Sequence record: DRR378314_1769
Reading direction: 5' to 3' (one strand)
DNA: 34,257 nucleotides
This document shows positions 1 to 9,887 of the stretch, one piece after another. The notes under the pieces are model-generated. The model did not search any database and was not told the DNA's origin. It saw only the letters and a program-made list of their open reading frames with translations. Both the position numbers and the translations under genes were made by a program. Positions within the stretch are counted from its first letter, which is position 1; each line of letters starts with the position of its first letter.

Positions 1-806
1 TCTCCAAGAGAAATATCTAAGTTTCTAATATCTCTCACCATTCTATTCATACCATCAATTGCCAGTGAGCCTTTTTGATCTGTACCTTTCATTTTTCGAT
101 CTAAGGTAATGTGTTTCTCAATAATTTTAGCTCCCATAGCTACTGCAGCTATTGGTGTAGAAATTCCTATTGTATGATCAGAATATCCAATTGTATATTC
201 AGGATATTTATTCTTTAAAAAATTTATTGTTCTTAAATTAACATTTTCGTATCGTGTTGGGTACTCAGAAACACAATGTAAAATTGAAATATCATTATGG
301 TATTTATTTATTATTTCTAAGGCTTCTGAAAGTTCTCTTTCTCCAGACATTCCAGTTGAAAGAATAATTGGAATTTTTGTTTCGGCCATTGCAGCTAATA
401 GAGGTAAATTTGTTAAGTCCCTAGAAGCTACTTTTAACCTATCTGGAGTAAATTTTTTTAAAAGACTTAAACATCCTATTGCGCATAGTGTTTCTACAAA
501 ATCTAGTCCCTTGGTTTTGGTATATTTATAAGCTTCATGGTGTTCTTCATCAGATAATTCTAAATAAGCTCTATGTTCTCCATACGTTTTACCAAAAGAA
601 TGTTCTGTATTATATAAATTATTCATCTGAGAAATAGATAATTCTTTTGTTAAATCTCTCTTTGTTAACTTAATAGCATCCATAGGCAGTAACTTATTGC
701 CAAATAGAGGGTCTGTAATAGGTCTAGCTGCAACATCAATTAATAGTTTACAAATATCTATTGAACCATTATGGTTTTGCCCTATTTCTCCTATTATATA
801 TGTCAT
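1..806 (-). CDS. N-acetylneuraminate synthase (NeuB/SpsE) family protein, 3' end outside window; possibly KDN-9-phosphate synthase type
   Basis: Not in ORF track. Manual translation from ATG at 806: MTYIIGEIGQNHNGSIDICK...KVASRDLTNLPLL...IILSTGM...ILHCVSEYP...GYSDHT...IIEKHITLDR, all NeuB-family motifs. Its ATG overlaps the TGA of the upstream gene (ATGA). Confidence 0.93.
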   Translation of the reverse strand, partial: MTYIIGEIGQNHNGSIDICKLLIDVAARPITDPLFGNKLLPMDAIKLTKRDLTKELSISQMNNLYNTEHSFGKTYGEHRAYLELSDEEHHEAYKYTKTKGLDFVETLCAIGCLSLLKKFTPDRLKVASRDLTNLPLLAAMAETKIPIILSTGMSGERELSEALEIINKYHNDISILHCVSEYPTRYENVNLRTINFLKNKYPEYTIGYSDHTIGISTPIAAVAMGAKIIEKHITLDRKMKGTDQKGSLAIDGMNRMVRDIRNLDISLG

Positions 807-1543
807 TTAGTATTTTCTTTAATTATTTTACTCATACTTTTTAATAATTCTAAATTACTTTCAATGTACTTAATTATATCTTTATAACCAGACTGATGAT
901 TTTCTTTTACAAAATCAAAATATATTTTTTTTAAATTTTCAAAATCCCCATTTGTATCTAAAGTACATCTAACACTAGAGTTCTCTATTTTTTTATCTAA
1001 AAACTTCACATTAAAATCATTAGTATTAGAATAAATACAGTTTGTTACATGCTCTAGACATTCTTTCTTTTCTTTTTTATATACTTTCCTCAGAGCGCTT
1101 AAACTTACTATTTCACAAAAGAAACCGTAATGAGTTAGTATTGCTGGTTTATTATTAATTTTAAATGACAAATAATCTTCATTATTGTAAATAGAACAAA
1201 GTTCTTTAATTGATTTAATATCAATAAAAGGATTATCAGAACAAATTCTAATAATTGCATCTAAATTATGCGCTTCTGAGCATTGAATAAATCTTTCTAA
1301 TACGTTCTCTTCTGATCCTTGAAAAAAACTTATACCATATTTTATAGAATACTCTCTAAGTAAAACATCCTTTTTTGACGTAGAAGTTGCTAATATTATA
1401 GGTAAATCTCCAGTGAGGTTTTTTAACCTTTTTAATTGTATGTCTAAAAATGACTCAGAATTACCTACGTCTAAAATAATTTTTTTTGGAAGTCTTGTTG
1501 ATGATAATCTTGCTTGAATTATTATTCCTATTCTATTTCTCAC
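803..1543 (-). CDS. SpsF-like cytidylyltransferase (CMP-nonulosonate synthetase family)
   Basis: IIQARLSSTRLPKK, FQGSEENVLERF, IRICSDNPFID, EHVT, TLDT motifs; GTG start; coupled to the NeuB-like gene. Confidence 0.85.
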   Translation of the reverse strand: MRNRIGIIIQARLSSTRLPKKIILDVGNSESFLDIQLKRLKNLTGDLPIILATSTSKKDVLLREYSIKYGISFFQGSEENVLERFIQCSEAHNLDAIIRICSDNPFIDIKSIKELCSIYNNEDYLSFKINNKPAILTHYGFFCEIVSLSALRKVYKKEKKECLEHVTNCIYSNTNDFNVKFLDKKIENSSVRCTLDTNGDFENLKKIYFDFVKENHQSGYKDIIKYIESNLELLKSMSKIIKENTK

Positions 1544-1635
1544 ATTAATTAGTTCTTAAATCAAAAGAAGCATCTGGGTAAACATTTTAATAGTGTCCAT
1601 TCATGTAATTTATCCTATTAATAAGAATTACTTAA

Positions 1636-2673
1636 TTATTTCTTGTAGTTATTTAAATACACATTAAGCTGTTTAAATAATAAAAATAAAACCATTAATA
1701 CCAATCCAAAACCAGCAGCTAAAAATCCATAATTATTATCAATCCCTTTTATTTCATAACCTATAGGCTGAAAGTTTGAGATTACATTTAAAACTTCTGA
1801 ATTCTCTGATCGATCTTTGGTAATGTCTTTTAAATCGCTATTTATTTCTCTACTCGTTTTAAATAACTCTAACTCGTTTGTAGTCTTTTTAGAACTGCCT
1901 AAATCTATACTTGTTCCAGAATTTTCCTTTTTTGCTTTTTCTATTAAAACAGTCATATAAACCTTTCTTAAAGAGTCTAATTGCGAAAGGTTTTGCTTTA
2001 AAATCGAATCTGTTCTATTTAAGTTTTCATTTGTTAAAACCTTAACCTTATTAAAAAATTGATTATCTACAATAGAAGAAATAATCACTTGATCTAACTT
2101 AGAAAAAATATCATTTTTAGACGCAATTACATGAATATTATGAATCTTATAATCATAATCTGTAAACGTTGTTTTAAAATTTGAAAATGAATAACTCTTA
2201 GCTGTTAAAGTGTCTACAGACAGAATTAAGTCATCATAAGAAGTTAATAAATCATTTCCATTTTTTATAGGGAAAATTTCAAATTTCTTAAGAGTTGATG
2301 CTTCTTTAGTAGATATTTTAAAGGCTTTTGATAAAGAAACCGTGTCCTTTTGCTTTACCAAGTCATTATAATAATTTACATTATTATATAACTGACGTGA
2401 ACTTTTAAAGTTAGGCTGAACTTGCAAATCTGCTCCATAAGTAACTTCTTTATTAAACTCTATAAAGGTACCAGCTATAGCTCCAATAACTATCGCTAAT
2501 GTTAATTTAATAAAATTGTTTTTTATAAATAATAGAATTAATATTAAAAAATGAAAAAGGCCTTTAAAAATGTTTCCTATAAATCGAAATAAATTCGAAA
2601 ACCCTTTCCCAATAATAATAAATAACGAACCTAATTCTATTTCTTCGTTTTCTGTTTGAGGTTCTTTTGCCAT
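1636..2673 (-). CDS. Wzz-like polysaccharide chain-length determinant / membrane protein
   Basis: N-terminal EEIELGSLF, hydrophobic segments at both ends, central coiled-coil-like region; lies at the head of a glycan locus. Confidence 0.6.
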   Translation of the reverse strand: MAKEPQTENEEIELGSLFIIIGKGFSNLFRFIGNIFKGLFHFLILILLFIKNNFIKLTLAIVIGAIAGTFIEFNKEVTYGADLQVQPNFKSSRQLYNNVNYYNDLVKQKDTVSLSKAFKISTKEASTLKKFEIFPIKNGNDLLTSYDDLILSVDTLTAKSYSFSNFKTTFTDYDYKIHNIHVIASKNDIFSKLDQVIISSIVDNQFFNKVKVLTNENLNRTDSILKQNLSQLDSLRKVYMTVLIEKAKKENSGTSIDLGSSKKTTNELELFKTSREINSDLKDITKDRSENSEVLNVISNFQPIGYEIKGIDNNYGFLAAGFGLVLMVLFLLFKQLNVYLNNYKK

Positions 2674-2708
2674 AGTTTGTTAGTTTAGCTTTTGTCCTAT
2701 TAAAACAA

Positions 2709-4373
2709 TTAAAATATTTGCTCTAGAATTCTTTGCGTAATTGCATATGTTGGTGTTACTCCAGACATACCCAATCCTCCAGAGGCTAATGTTGCTCCTG
2801 TTTCTAGCGGATTATCAGATGCATAATATGCATAACGCACTTTTACATTTTCTGATATATTACCTCTAATTTTAGATGCTGCCTGAATCGCTTTTTGATA
2901 ATGTGCTCCTTCCATTTCTAATCCAATTACATTCCAAGTAGAATCATGGAAAAACTTTAATATGTCTTTATTTTGTAGTGAAGTTCCCAAAACAGAGATC
3001 ATTGCACCATCAAAAGATGCTACACCAAATCCTTCTAAGTCTTCTTTAGTTAACTCATTTTTAAACGGATAATTGTCTGCTGTTCCTTCAAAAATATGAG
3101 AAGATGGTATCATGATATCTCCTTTTCCTCCTTCTAAAATTCCTGCTTTTCCCATAATAGAAACTGATTCTACATTTAAATGCGTAATCGTATTATTTTC
3201 TTTATATGGTTTTAAAAGCTCGTCCATTGTTTCATAAGCCTGTTCTCCAAAAGCATAATCCATTACAATGATTACAGGATCATCATTTAACGAATTTTCT
3301 TTTGAAAACGTAGTAGATTTAAAATCAATTTTAGCCGTATCAATTACCTGAACATTAATGTTGGTTCCCGATGTGTCTTTAATATAAATCAATCCGTTTT
3401 TAGAAGCGTAGTTTTTAACTTTTACTTGTAACTCTTTGCTACTACTGTCACTTAATAAACCAAACAACTTAAACCCTTCATTATTTTTTGCTTCTTTCGG
3501 AATTGCTCCTTTAGCATAAATAGAGTTCATTACACTATGCATATTTGCACTAATGATGTGAATTGGTCTTTCTAGAAGATTATTTTCTTTTAATGTTTTT
3601 TTAATATTATTCGCCCATACTTCTCCATAAATATGCTGGCCTATTTGTTCATTTAAAACAGAGCTGAAGGTAACAACACGTTTCTTGTTTTCTAAAGATT
3701 CATTAATTGCAAGTTGTCCTAACCAATATATTAATTGGAAAAAACGATCTGGGTTTTTTTCTGTAGAAAATGTATTGTAGATGTCACAAACCTCTTGGTA
3801 AGTTCTTCCTAAAATAGTTCCTAAATGAGCGATTGTTACCTCTCTTTCATCTTTTGTAATCGATTTATCATGTAAAACAATATCTCTTAATGTATTCCAT
3901 TCTCTGGTACAATCTGTTCCTTTATTGATTAGAACTTTTTCTTTAATTTTATGAGACTCTATAAATAAAAAAGTAAGGTGTGTTAAAATATCATAGATTT
4001 CAGACCTTCCTCTGGTAATCTCAATATTCATCTGATCTTTATCAATGCGATAACAATTTCTTCTTCTTTTTGGTGGAATTATTGCTTTAAAATGCGAGTT
4101 TTTATATCCTTCATCAGCTGTTAAGTTAATATACTGGCACTCTTCTATACCTTCTGGTAATCGCTCAATAATATAAATTAATCCATTTAATTCTACTTTA
4201 TCTTCTGCAATAGAACCATAAATTTCTGGTCTTAATTGTAATAATGATTTTCTTAATGTTTCTCCAGAAACACCCATTGGTTTGTAAAATCCTCTACTAA
4301 ATAAATGTCTCATAGAAATGTAAAGTCTTTCTATAGCTCCTGTAGATTCTTGCGCTCTCGTTCTTTCTTTCAT
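2709..4373 (-). CDS. Conserved Bacteroidota protein (DUF6909-like) with nucleoside phosphorylase/AMP nucleosidase-like C-terminal domain
   Basis: C-terminal SIMGKAG...GDIMIP...GLEMEG...YYASDNP pattern. Start moved to ATG 4373 because the track's TTG (4403) is part of a TATCTTTG promoter element. Confidence 0.6.
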   Translation of the reverse strand: MKERTRAQESTGAIERLYISMRHLFSRGFYKPMGVSGETLRKSLLQLRPEIYGSIAEDKVELNGLIYIIERLPEGIEECQYINLTADEGYKNSHFKAIIPPKRRRNCYRIDKDQMNIEITRGRSEIYDILTHLTFLFIESHKIKEKVLINKGTDCTREWNTLRDIVLHDKSITKDEREVTIAHLGTILGRTYQEVCDIYNTFSTEKNPDRFFQLIYWLGQLAINESLENKKRVVTFSSVLNEQIGQHIYGEVWANNIKKTLKENNLLERPIHIISANMHSVMNSIYAKGAIPKEAKNNEGFKLFGLLSDSSSKELQVKVKNYASKNGLIYIKDTSGTNINVQVIDTAKIDFKSTTFSKENSLNDDPVIIVMDYAFGEQAYETMDELLKPYKENNTITHLNVESVSIMGKAGILEGGKGDIMIPSSHIFEGTADNYPFKNELTKEDLEGFGVASFDGAMISVLGTSLQNKDILKFFHDSTWNVIGLEMEGAHYQKAIQAASKIRGNISENVKVRYAYYASDNPLETGATLASGGLGMSGVTPTYAITQRILEQIF

Positions 4374-4400
4374 GTAATACTCTCTCTTTTTATGTAATTC

Positions 4401-4408
4401 CAAAGATA
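4401..4408 (-). promoter_or_regulatory. Bacteroidota sigma70 -7 element (TATCTTTG)
   Basis: Matches TAnnTTTG, 28 nt upstream of ATG 4373. Confidence 0.65.
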
Positions 4409-4425
4409 CTAATTTTAATATCTTA

Positions 4426-6066
4426 TTATTTTCCTGATAGTATCTGGGTATATTTCTTTTTATCTTTCAATAATTTTACAGCCTCTTTTAATGTTTTATC
4501 GTCTGTAATTTTGTTTTTATAGACTCCTTCTTCATAATAAAACTGATCTAAAATAAGTTGTTTTAATTCGTTTTTAAGAAACTCTTTGTTTACTGATAAT
4601 GCTTTTATTTTTTCTTGATTTAAAGTTTTTAGAATTCCTAAATAGTTTTTAGAAACTTGTTTGTTTTGAGCAGGTTTTAAGCTTTTGTGTGCTAAATCAA
4701 ATGCCCTTTCTTGTTTTGTTTTAAAGGATTTATCTGTTTTTAAAAACTCTTGAAATTGTTTAAAATTTGCATCTGTAAATCTATATTCATCTGCAGCTTT
4801 AATAATAGGGTTTTTATATTTAAAATTCGTTGCGAAATTAAATAATGCTCTGGATGCTAACAATGTTTTTGTATCTTCAGATAAAATTTCTTTTTCAGTA
4901 ACTACATCAGGTATTATTCCTCCTCCATCATATACCTTTCTTCCGTTTTCTGTTCTAAACTCATTTATTCCACTATCAGAAAATTTAGGTACTTTTCCTG
5001 TTTTAAAATCTCTATTTGCGTAATCCAGTTCTTGTATACATCTACCACTAGGTGTATAATATTTAGAAATGGTTACTTTTAATTGTGTTCCATAACTTAA
5101 TGTTCTATAACGCTGTACCAATCCTTTTCCAAAAGATCGATTTCCCATAACAACTCCTCTATCGTAATCTTGAATTGCACCCGTTACTATTTCTGAGGCT
5201 GATGCAGAACTTCCATTTATTAGCACAACTATTGGTATTTCTAAATCTAAAGGATTATTTCTAGATAAATACGTATTACTCCATTTTTTAACTTTTGCTT
5301 TAGTTGTTGTAATTACTTTTCCTTTTGGCAAGAAAAAATTTGAAATATTTACAGCTTCTCCTAATAGTCCTCCTGGATTTGACCTTAAATCTAATATTAA
5401 ATTTTCTATACCATCTTCTTTTAAACTTTCAAAAGCTTTCTTTATTTCTGATGCTGCTTTTGCGTTAAACCTTGTTAAAACTATATACCCCGTTTTATCA
5501 TTTATTTTTGTAAAAAAAGGAACTGGATTTACTTCTATTTTTTCTCTTTTTAAATTAAAATTAAAGCTCTTTCCTTGTCTATCTATAGTAATAGAAATAT
5601 CACTACCTGGAATACCTAACAGAAGTCCAGAAATAGCTTCTCTTTCTAATTCTTGTAAAACTTGATTATCTATTTTGGTAATAATGTCTCCAGGTCTCAA
5701 CCCTGTTTTGTCTGCAGCATATCCTTTATAAACACTAATAATTAATGGATTTTTATCTGAATAGTTTATAGATGCTCCTATGCCTCCATATTCTCCTTCT
5801 CTTCTAATTTTAGCTGCTTCAACATCTTGTTCATTAAAGTAATTAGTATAAGGATCTAAATCTTTTAACGTGTTTTTTAAAGCTCTAGTAGTAATTTCTG
5901 CTGGATTGATTTCATTTACATAATACATATTCAATTCTTTGAATAATGTGGTATAAATTTCGATCTGCTTAGCTACTTCAAAAAATTTAGATTGGAATGA
6001 AAAAGAAATAAATACGATTCCAATTAAAATTATTAGAATTGATTTTTTTTTAATATATTTTTTCAT
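4426..6066 (-). CDS. S41 family carboxy-terminal processing protease
   Basis: LDPYT, PDZ region (GGIGA..GLRPGD), LDLRSNPGGLL, SASASEIV, SFGKGLVQ, YYTPSGRCIQ. Confidence 0.95.
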   Translation of the reverse strand: MKKYIKKKSILIILIGIVFISFSFQSKFFEVAKQIEIYTTLFKELNMYYVNEINPAEITTRALKNTLKDLDPYTNYFNEQDVEAAKIRREGEYGGIGASINYSDKNPLIISVYKGYAADKTGLRPGDIITKIDNQVLQELEREAISGLLLGIPGSDISITIDRQGKSFNFNLKREKIEVNPVPFFTKINDKTGYIVLTRFNAKAASEIKKAFESLKEDGIENLILDLRSNPGGLLGEAVNISNFFLPKGKVITTTKAKVKKWSNTYLSRNNPLDLEIPIVVLINGSSASASEIVTGAIQDYDRGVVMGNRSFGKGLVQRYRTLSYGTQLKVTISKYYTPSGRCIQELDYANRDFKTGKVPKFSDSGINEFRTENGRKVYDGGGIIPDVVTEKEILSEDTKTLLASRALFNFATNFKYKNPIIKAADEYRFTDANFKQFQEFLKTDKSFKTKQERAFDLAHKSLKPAQNKQVSKNYLGILKTLNQEKIKALSVNKEFLKNELKQLILDQFYYEEGVYKNKITDDKTLKEAVKLLKDKKKYTQILSGK

Positions 6067-6070
6067 CTAT

Positions 6071-6445
6071 TTACTGATTTATTTTTTCGATGAAAGCATG
6101 TAACAATTGCTCCATTTTAGTTTCTAACTCAAAATATGCTAACTCTTCTTTGCCAATATAAGAAATCATAAATACATATGGTTCTTCAATAGCGTTGTAA
6201 ACAATATGTTTCTGTTTTCTGTAAGCTTCTCTTAGTAACCTCTTAAGCTTATTTCTACTAACTGCTTTTTTAAAATTTCTTTTTGGTACAGAAACACCAA
6301 CTTGTGCAGGGTAATTAGAAGTATGTTCCGCTTGTAAAAAAACCATTCTTAAGGGGAATTTTTTTACAGAATTTCCTTCTTTATATAGTTTTCCTAATAA
6401 GATTTTGCTTTTTAAGCGCTCTTGTTTTCCTAAAGTTTGCTTCAT
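6071..6445 (-). CDS. rnpA: Ribonuclease P protein component
   Basis: ERLK..., GVSVPKRNFKKAVSRNKLKRLLREAYR (RNR-type motif). Confidence 0.95.
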   Translation of the reverse strand: MKQTLGKQERLKSKILLGKLYKEGNSVKKFPLRMVFLQAEHTSNYPAQVGVSVPKRNFKKAVSRNKLKRLLREAYRKQKHIVYNAIEEPYVFMISYIGKEELAYFELETKMEQLLHAFIEKINQ

Positions 6446-6450
6446 TAATA

Positions 6451-6458
6451 CAAACTTA
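6451..6458 (-). promoter_or_regulatory. -7 element (TAAGTTTG) directly upstream of rnpA; near-leaderless transcript
   Basis: TAnnTTTG ending 5 nt before the ATG. Confidence 0.6.
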
Positions 6459-6487
6459 CATAAATAGAGTTATTTTCAACTAAATTT

Positions 6488-7369
6488 CTAACTGATTCTT
6501 AACAAAGGACGAGTTAAACAAGTTGGACCACCACCACCTTTTACGCTAATCTCTTCACCAGAATAAACCGTTACTTTACAACCAGAATTCTCTAACATTT
6601 TTTTTGTTTTCGGGTTTCCATCAACCATCACACAATTTCTTGGGGAAATAGCCAACACATTACATCCCATAGATTCAAATTCTTCTTCAGGCACTTCAAT
6701 TAATTTAAAACCTCTATTTAATAATTCGTTTCTAAATCGAATTGGCATTAAAGGCGAATATACTACTGCCAAATCCTTATCAATAGGACTTAAAATAGAC
6801 ATTAAATGAAACACATCATTTTGCCCTTTATAATGTGGTAAATCAGCAACAATTACCTGTACTCCATTTGGTTCTAATAATTTTTTTAACTGATTTATTC
6901 CTTCGTTGTTTGTTCTATAAGTATGGCCAACAGCTAACGTTTTTTCATCTAACCAAGCTACATCTCCTCCTTCTAAAGTTCCTGGAGCTTCAATAATTCC
7001 TAAAATTTGTATATTTTTACTTTCAAACTCTTCTAACTGAATTTCTGGTTCATTCATTCTACCTTCTTTTCCCATATTACAAATAATCATACCAAAATCG
7101 GTTGCTATAGATGCGTCTCTACAATAAATAGAGTCCATTTTTACTTTTTCTTTAAATGGGAAATGATAAACACTAACATCATTTTTAATAAAAATCGATT
7201 CAAAGTTTTCATATTCGTTTATTGCTAAATTAAAATTAGGTTTTGATAAATAATTGAGATCGTTCCACTGATTCTCTATATTAATATCAGATTCAAAAGC
7301 GTCTTTAGCTGTTTTAATATAAACAGAGCTTAATTTTAAGTATTCTGAATGATGTGTTCTTTTTGTCAT
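6488..7369 (-). CDS. Pentein superfamily guanidino-modifying enzyme (dimethylarginine dimethylaminohydrolase / arginine deiminase / amidinotransferase-like)
   Basis: DSIYCRD, LEGGDV, FHLMS and C-terminal GGGPTCLTRPL carrying the catalytic Cys. Confidence 0.88.
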   Translation of the reverse strand: MTKRTHHSEYLKLSSVYIKTAKDAFESDINIENQWNDLNYLSKPNFNLAINEYENFESIFIKNDVSVYHFPFKEKVKMDSIYCRDASIATDFGMIICNMGKEGRMNEPEIQLEEFESKNIQILGIIEAPGTLEGGDVAWLDEKTLAVGHTYRTNNEGINQLKKLLEPNGVQVIVADLPHYKGQNDVFHLMSILSPIDKDLAVVYSPLMPIRFRNELLNRGFKLIEVPEEEFESMGCNVLAISPRNCVMVDGNPKTKKMLENSGCKVTVYSGEEISVKGGGGPTCLTRPLLRIS

Positions 7370-8676
7370 TTATTTTTTGATTTATTCCATTGCATCAATG
7401 CATAAAATGGAATTCCTAGCAATAATAATAAAAATCCATAAAAAACCACATCTGCACCAGAACCATAAATTGCCCAAACAGAATAAGAGAATCCTAATAA
7501 CCCTAAGACAAAAGTTTTAATAAAGCTATTTAAATGAATTTTTCTTTCAATTAGTATAATTATATAAGATGCAGAAACAAATAGGTATGGCACTAAACAG
7601 GTAAGAACTGTTAGGTTAACAATAAATGTAAATTGCTCTACCAATCCATCAGTAAAGTTTAAAAGCATTACTAATGTACTTAATAAACTTCCTATTATAA
7701 GCCCTAAAATTGGCGCTCCGTTTTTGTTTTCTTTTTTAAATATTCTAGGAAACATTTTATCTTTTGCAGCTGCCATTGGTATTTGTGCAACTATTAATAT
7801 CCAACCATTTAATGCACCTATTCCAGAAACTGCTGCTCCAGCAGCAACAAAATAACCTGCATATTCTCCTCCAATAATTTTTCCTGCTTCTGCAAAAGGC
7901 GCTGCAGAGTTTTTTAAAACCTCTACGGGTAAAACCCCAAATAAAACAATGGTTCCTAAAATATAAACACCAGTAGATATAATAGTTCCTAACATGGTTG
8001 CTTTGGGAACTGTTTTTTCTGGGTTATTAACATTTTCCGCAGGAATACTTGCGCTCTCAATCCCTAAAAAAGCATACAAAGTTAATGCTGCTACTACGGG
8101 AAAGGTTGCAAAATTGCTTTCTCCTGTTAAATTAAAATCAGGAAAATTATCTAAACTAAAAAAGAATGCACCAATTATTATTACAAAAACTAAGGGTAAT
8201 AGCTTTAAAACTGTAGTTATTACTTGCACTTTACCAGATGTCTTTACTCCCTTTGAGTTAACCCAGGTAAAAAACCAAATCATATTTAACCCAACACTAA
8301 CTGCCAAAACAGAATTCGATTCCAAAACTGGAAAGAAAAAACTCAACGCCCCAATAATAGCTATGGCAACGGCAGCATTACTGATCCAAACAGAAATCCA
8401 ATAACCCCAAGCCACTAAAAAACCAATAAAATCTCCAAAACCTGCTCTTGAGTATGTATATGGGCCTCCGCTTTTATTGACAATAATTTTACTTAAATTA
8501 CTAAATATTTTTGCTAAAATAATGGCACCTGTTGCAGTAAATAACCAGCCCAACAAACTAATACTTCCATATTCTCCTAAAGAAGCTGGTAATAAAAATA
8601 TTCCCGCTCCAATCATATTTCCAACAACTAAAGAGGTGGTTGTAATTAATCCTATTTTTTTCTCATTAGAACTCAT
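7366..8676 (-). CDS. APC family basic amino acid/polyamine permease (AdiC/CadB-like)
   Basis: GNMIGAGIFLLPASL, GGPYTY, YAFLGIESA, ~12 hydrophobic segments; ATGA overlap with the pentein gene. Confidence 0.92.
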   Translation of the reverse strand: MSSNEKKIGLITTTSLVVGNMIGAGIFLLPASLGEYGSISLLGWLFTATGAIILAKIFSNLSKIIVNKSGGPYTYSRAGFGDFIGFLVAWGYWISVWISNAAVAIAIIGALSFFFPVLESNSVLAVSVGLNMIWFFTWVNSKGVKTSGKVQVITTVLKLLPLVFVIIIGAFFFSLDNFPDFNLTGESNFATFPVVAALTLYAFLGIESASIPAENVNNPEKTVPKATMLGTIISTGVYILGTIVLFGVLPVEVLKNSAAPFAEAGKIIGGEYAGYFVAAGAAVSGIGALNGWILIVAQIPMAAAKDKMFPRIFKKENKNGAPILGLIIGSLLSTLVMLLNFTDGLVEQFTFIVNLTVLTCLVPYLFVSASYIIILIERKIHLNSFIKTFVLGLLGFSYSVWAIYGSGADVVFYGFLLLLLGIPFYALMQWNKSKNK

Positions 8677-8734
8677 ATTTATTCTGTATTTTTAGATGCA
8701 ATTCTCGAATATACAACTAATTAAGATACCAAAT

Positions 8735-9817
8735 ATGAAGTTCAACGTTCACCAAGATATTAAAAAGGCAGAAACTTTACCAGCTTCTTTTTACAAAGAC
8801 AAAGCGGTTTTTGAAACTATAAAAGAAAAAGTTTTTTTAAATTCTTGGCAATGGGTTGGTGATAAAGATCTAGTTCCTTTTGCTCAATCTGTTCACCCTT
8901 TTGTATTATTAGATGGTTATTTAACCGAACCTTTGGTATTAACTAAAAACAAGAATGAAGAAATTAATTGCTTAACTAATGTTTGTACTCATAGAGGAAA
9001 CTTAGTTGCAATAAACTCAGGGAAATCTAGAAAATTAACTTGTTTTTATCACGGTAGAAGGTTTAATTTAAATGGTGAGTTTGAATATATGCCAGAATTT
9101 GATCAAACAGAAAATTTTCCTAGACCTTGTGACAACTTACATCAATTCCCTTTAAAAAAATGGGGGAAATTCTTATTTGCAGGTTTAAATCCTTCTTTTG
9201 ACTTTCAATTGGTTTTGGATAAAATGAATGAACGCGTTGGTTTTTTACCTTTAGATGAGTTTCATTTAGATTCTTCACTTTCAAAAGATTATTTAGTACA
9301 TGCAAATTGGGCTTTATATTGCGATAATTATTTAGAAGGCTTTCATGTTCCATTTGTACATCCTGATTTAAATGATGTGTTGGATTATGGAAGTTATAAA
9401 ACTGAAGTATATCAATATTGTAATTTACAAATTGGTTATACAGATGAGGCTACTGAGGTATTCGATCTACCACAAAATCATGTGGATTATGGCAAAAATG
9501 TTGGTGCTTATTATTATTGGGTTTTTCCAAACATGATGTTTAATTTTTATCCTTGGGGTTTATCTGTTAACATCGTAAAACCACTAGATATGAATAGAAC
9601 AAAAGTTTCATTTATCTCTTACGTTTACGATCCTTCAAAACTAAATAAAGGTGCTGCTGGAGATATTGATAAAGTACAACGTGAAGATGAGTTTGTTGTA
9701 GAACATGTTCATAAAGGAGTTAAATCTTCTTTTTATAAAGCTGGTAGATTCTCTCCAACTAGAGAACAAGGGGTACATCATTTTCATAGACTATTAGCTG
9801 AATTTTTAAACAAATAA
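8735..9817 (+). CDS. Rieske non-heme iron oxygenase alpha subunit, choline monooxygenase/CntA-like
   Basis: Rieske motif CTHRG...CFYHG; mononuclear Fe motif NWALYCDNYLEGFHVPFVH; QRED near the C-terminus. The likely start is ATG 8735 rather than the track's 8696. Confidence 0.9.
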   Translation: MKFNVHQDIKKAETLPASFYKDKAVFETIKEKVFLNSWQWVGDKDLVPFAQSVHPFVLLDGYLTEPLVLTKNKNEEINCLTNVCTHRGNLVAINSGKSRKLTCFYHGRRFNLNGEFEYMPEFDQTENFPRPCDNLHQFPLKKWGKFLFAGLNPSFDFQLVLDKMNERVGFLPLDEFHLDSSLSKDYLVHANWALYCDNYLEGFHVPFVHPDLNDVLDYGSYKTEVYQYCNLQIGYTDEATEVFDLPQNHVDYGKNVGAYYYWVFPNMMFNFYPWGLSVNIVKPLDMNRTKVSFISYVYDPSKLNKGAAGDIDKVQREDEFVVEHVHKGVKSSFYKAGRFSPTREQGVHHFHRLLAEFLNK

Positions 9818-9854
9818 AAACAATATAAAGCGCATCTCTTTCACTTCATTTTTT

Positions 9855-9862
9855 TAAATTTG
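9855..9862 (+). promoter_or_regulatory. -7 element (TAAATTTG) upstream of the acyl-CoA dehydrogenase
   Basis: TAnnTTTG 25 nt before ATG 9888. Confidence 0.55.
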
Positions 9863-9887
9863 ATGCACTTATAAAAAATCATATAGA

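Noticed and set aside
7994-8695. Track ORFs 7994-8404 and 8477-8695 (+)
   Set aside because: Antisense shadows of the hydrophobic permease gene, with no motifs
9120-9353. 77-aa ORF (-)
   Set aside because: Antisense inside the Rieske gene, with no recognisable features
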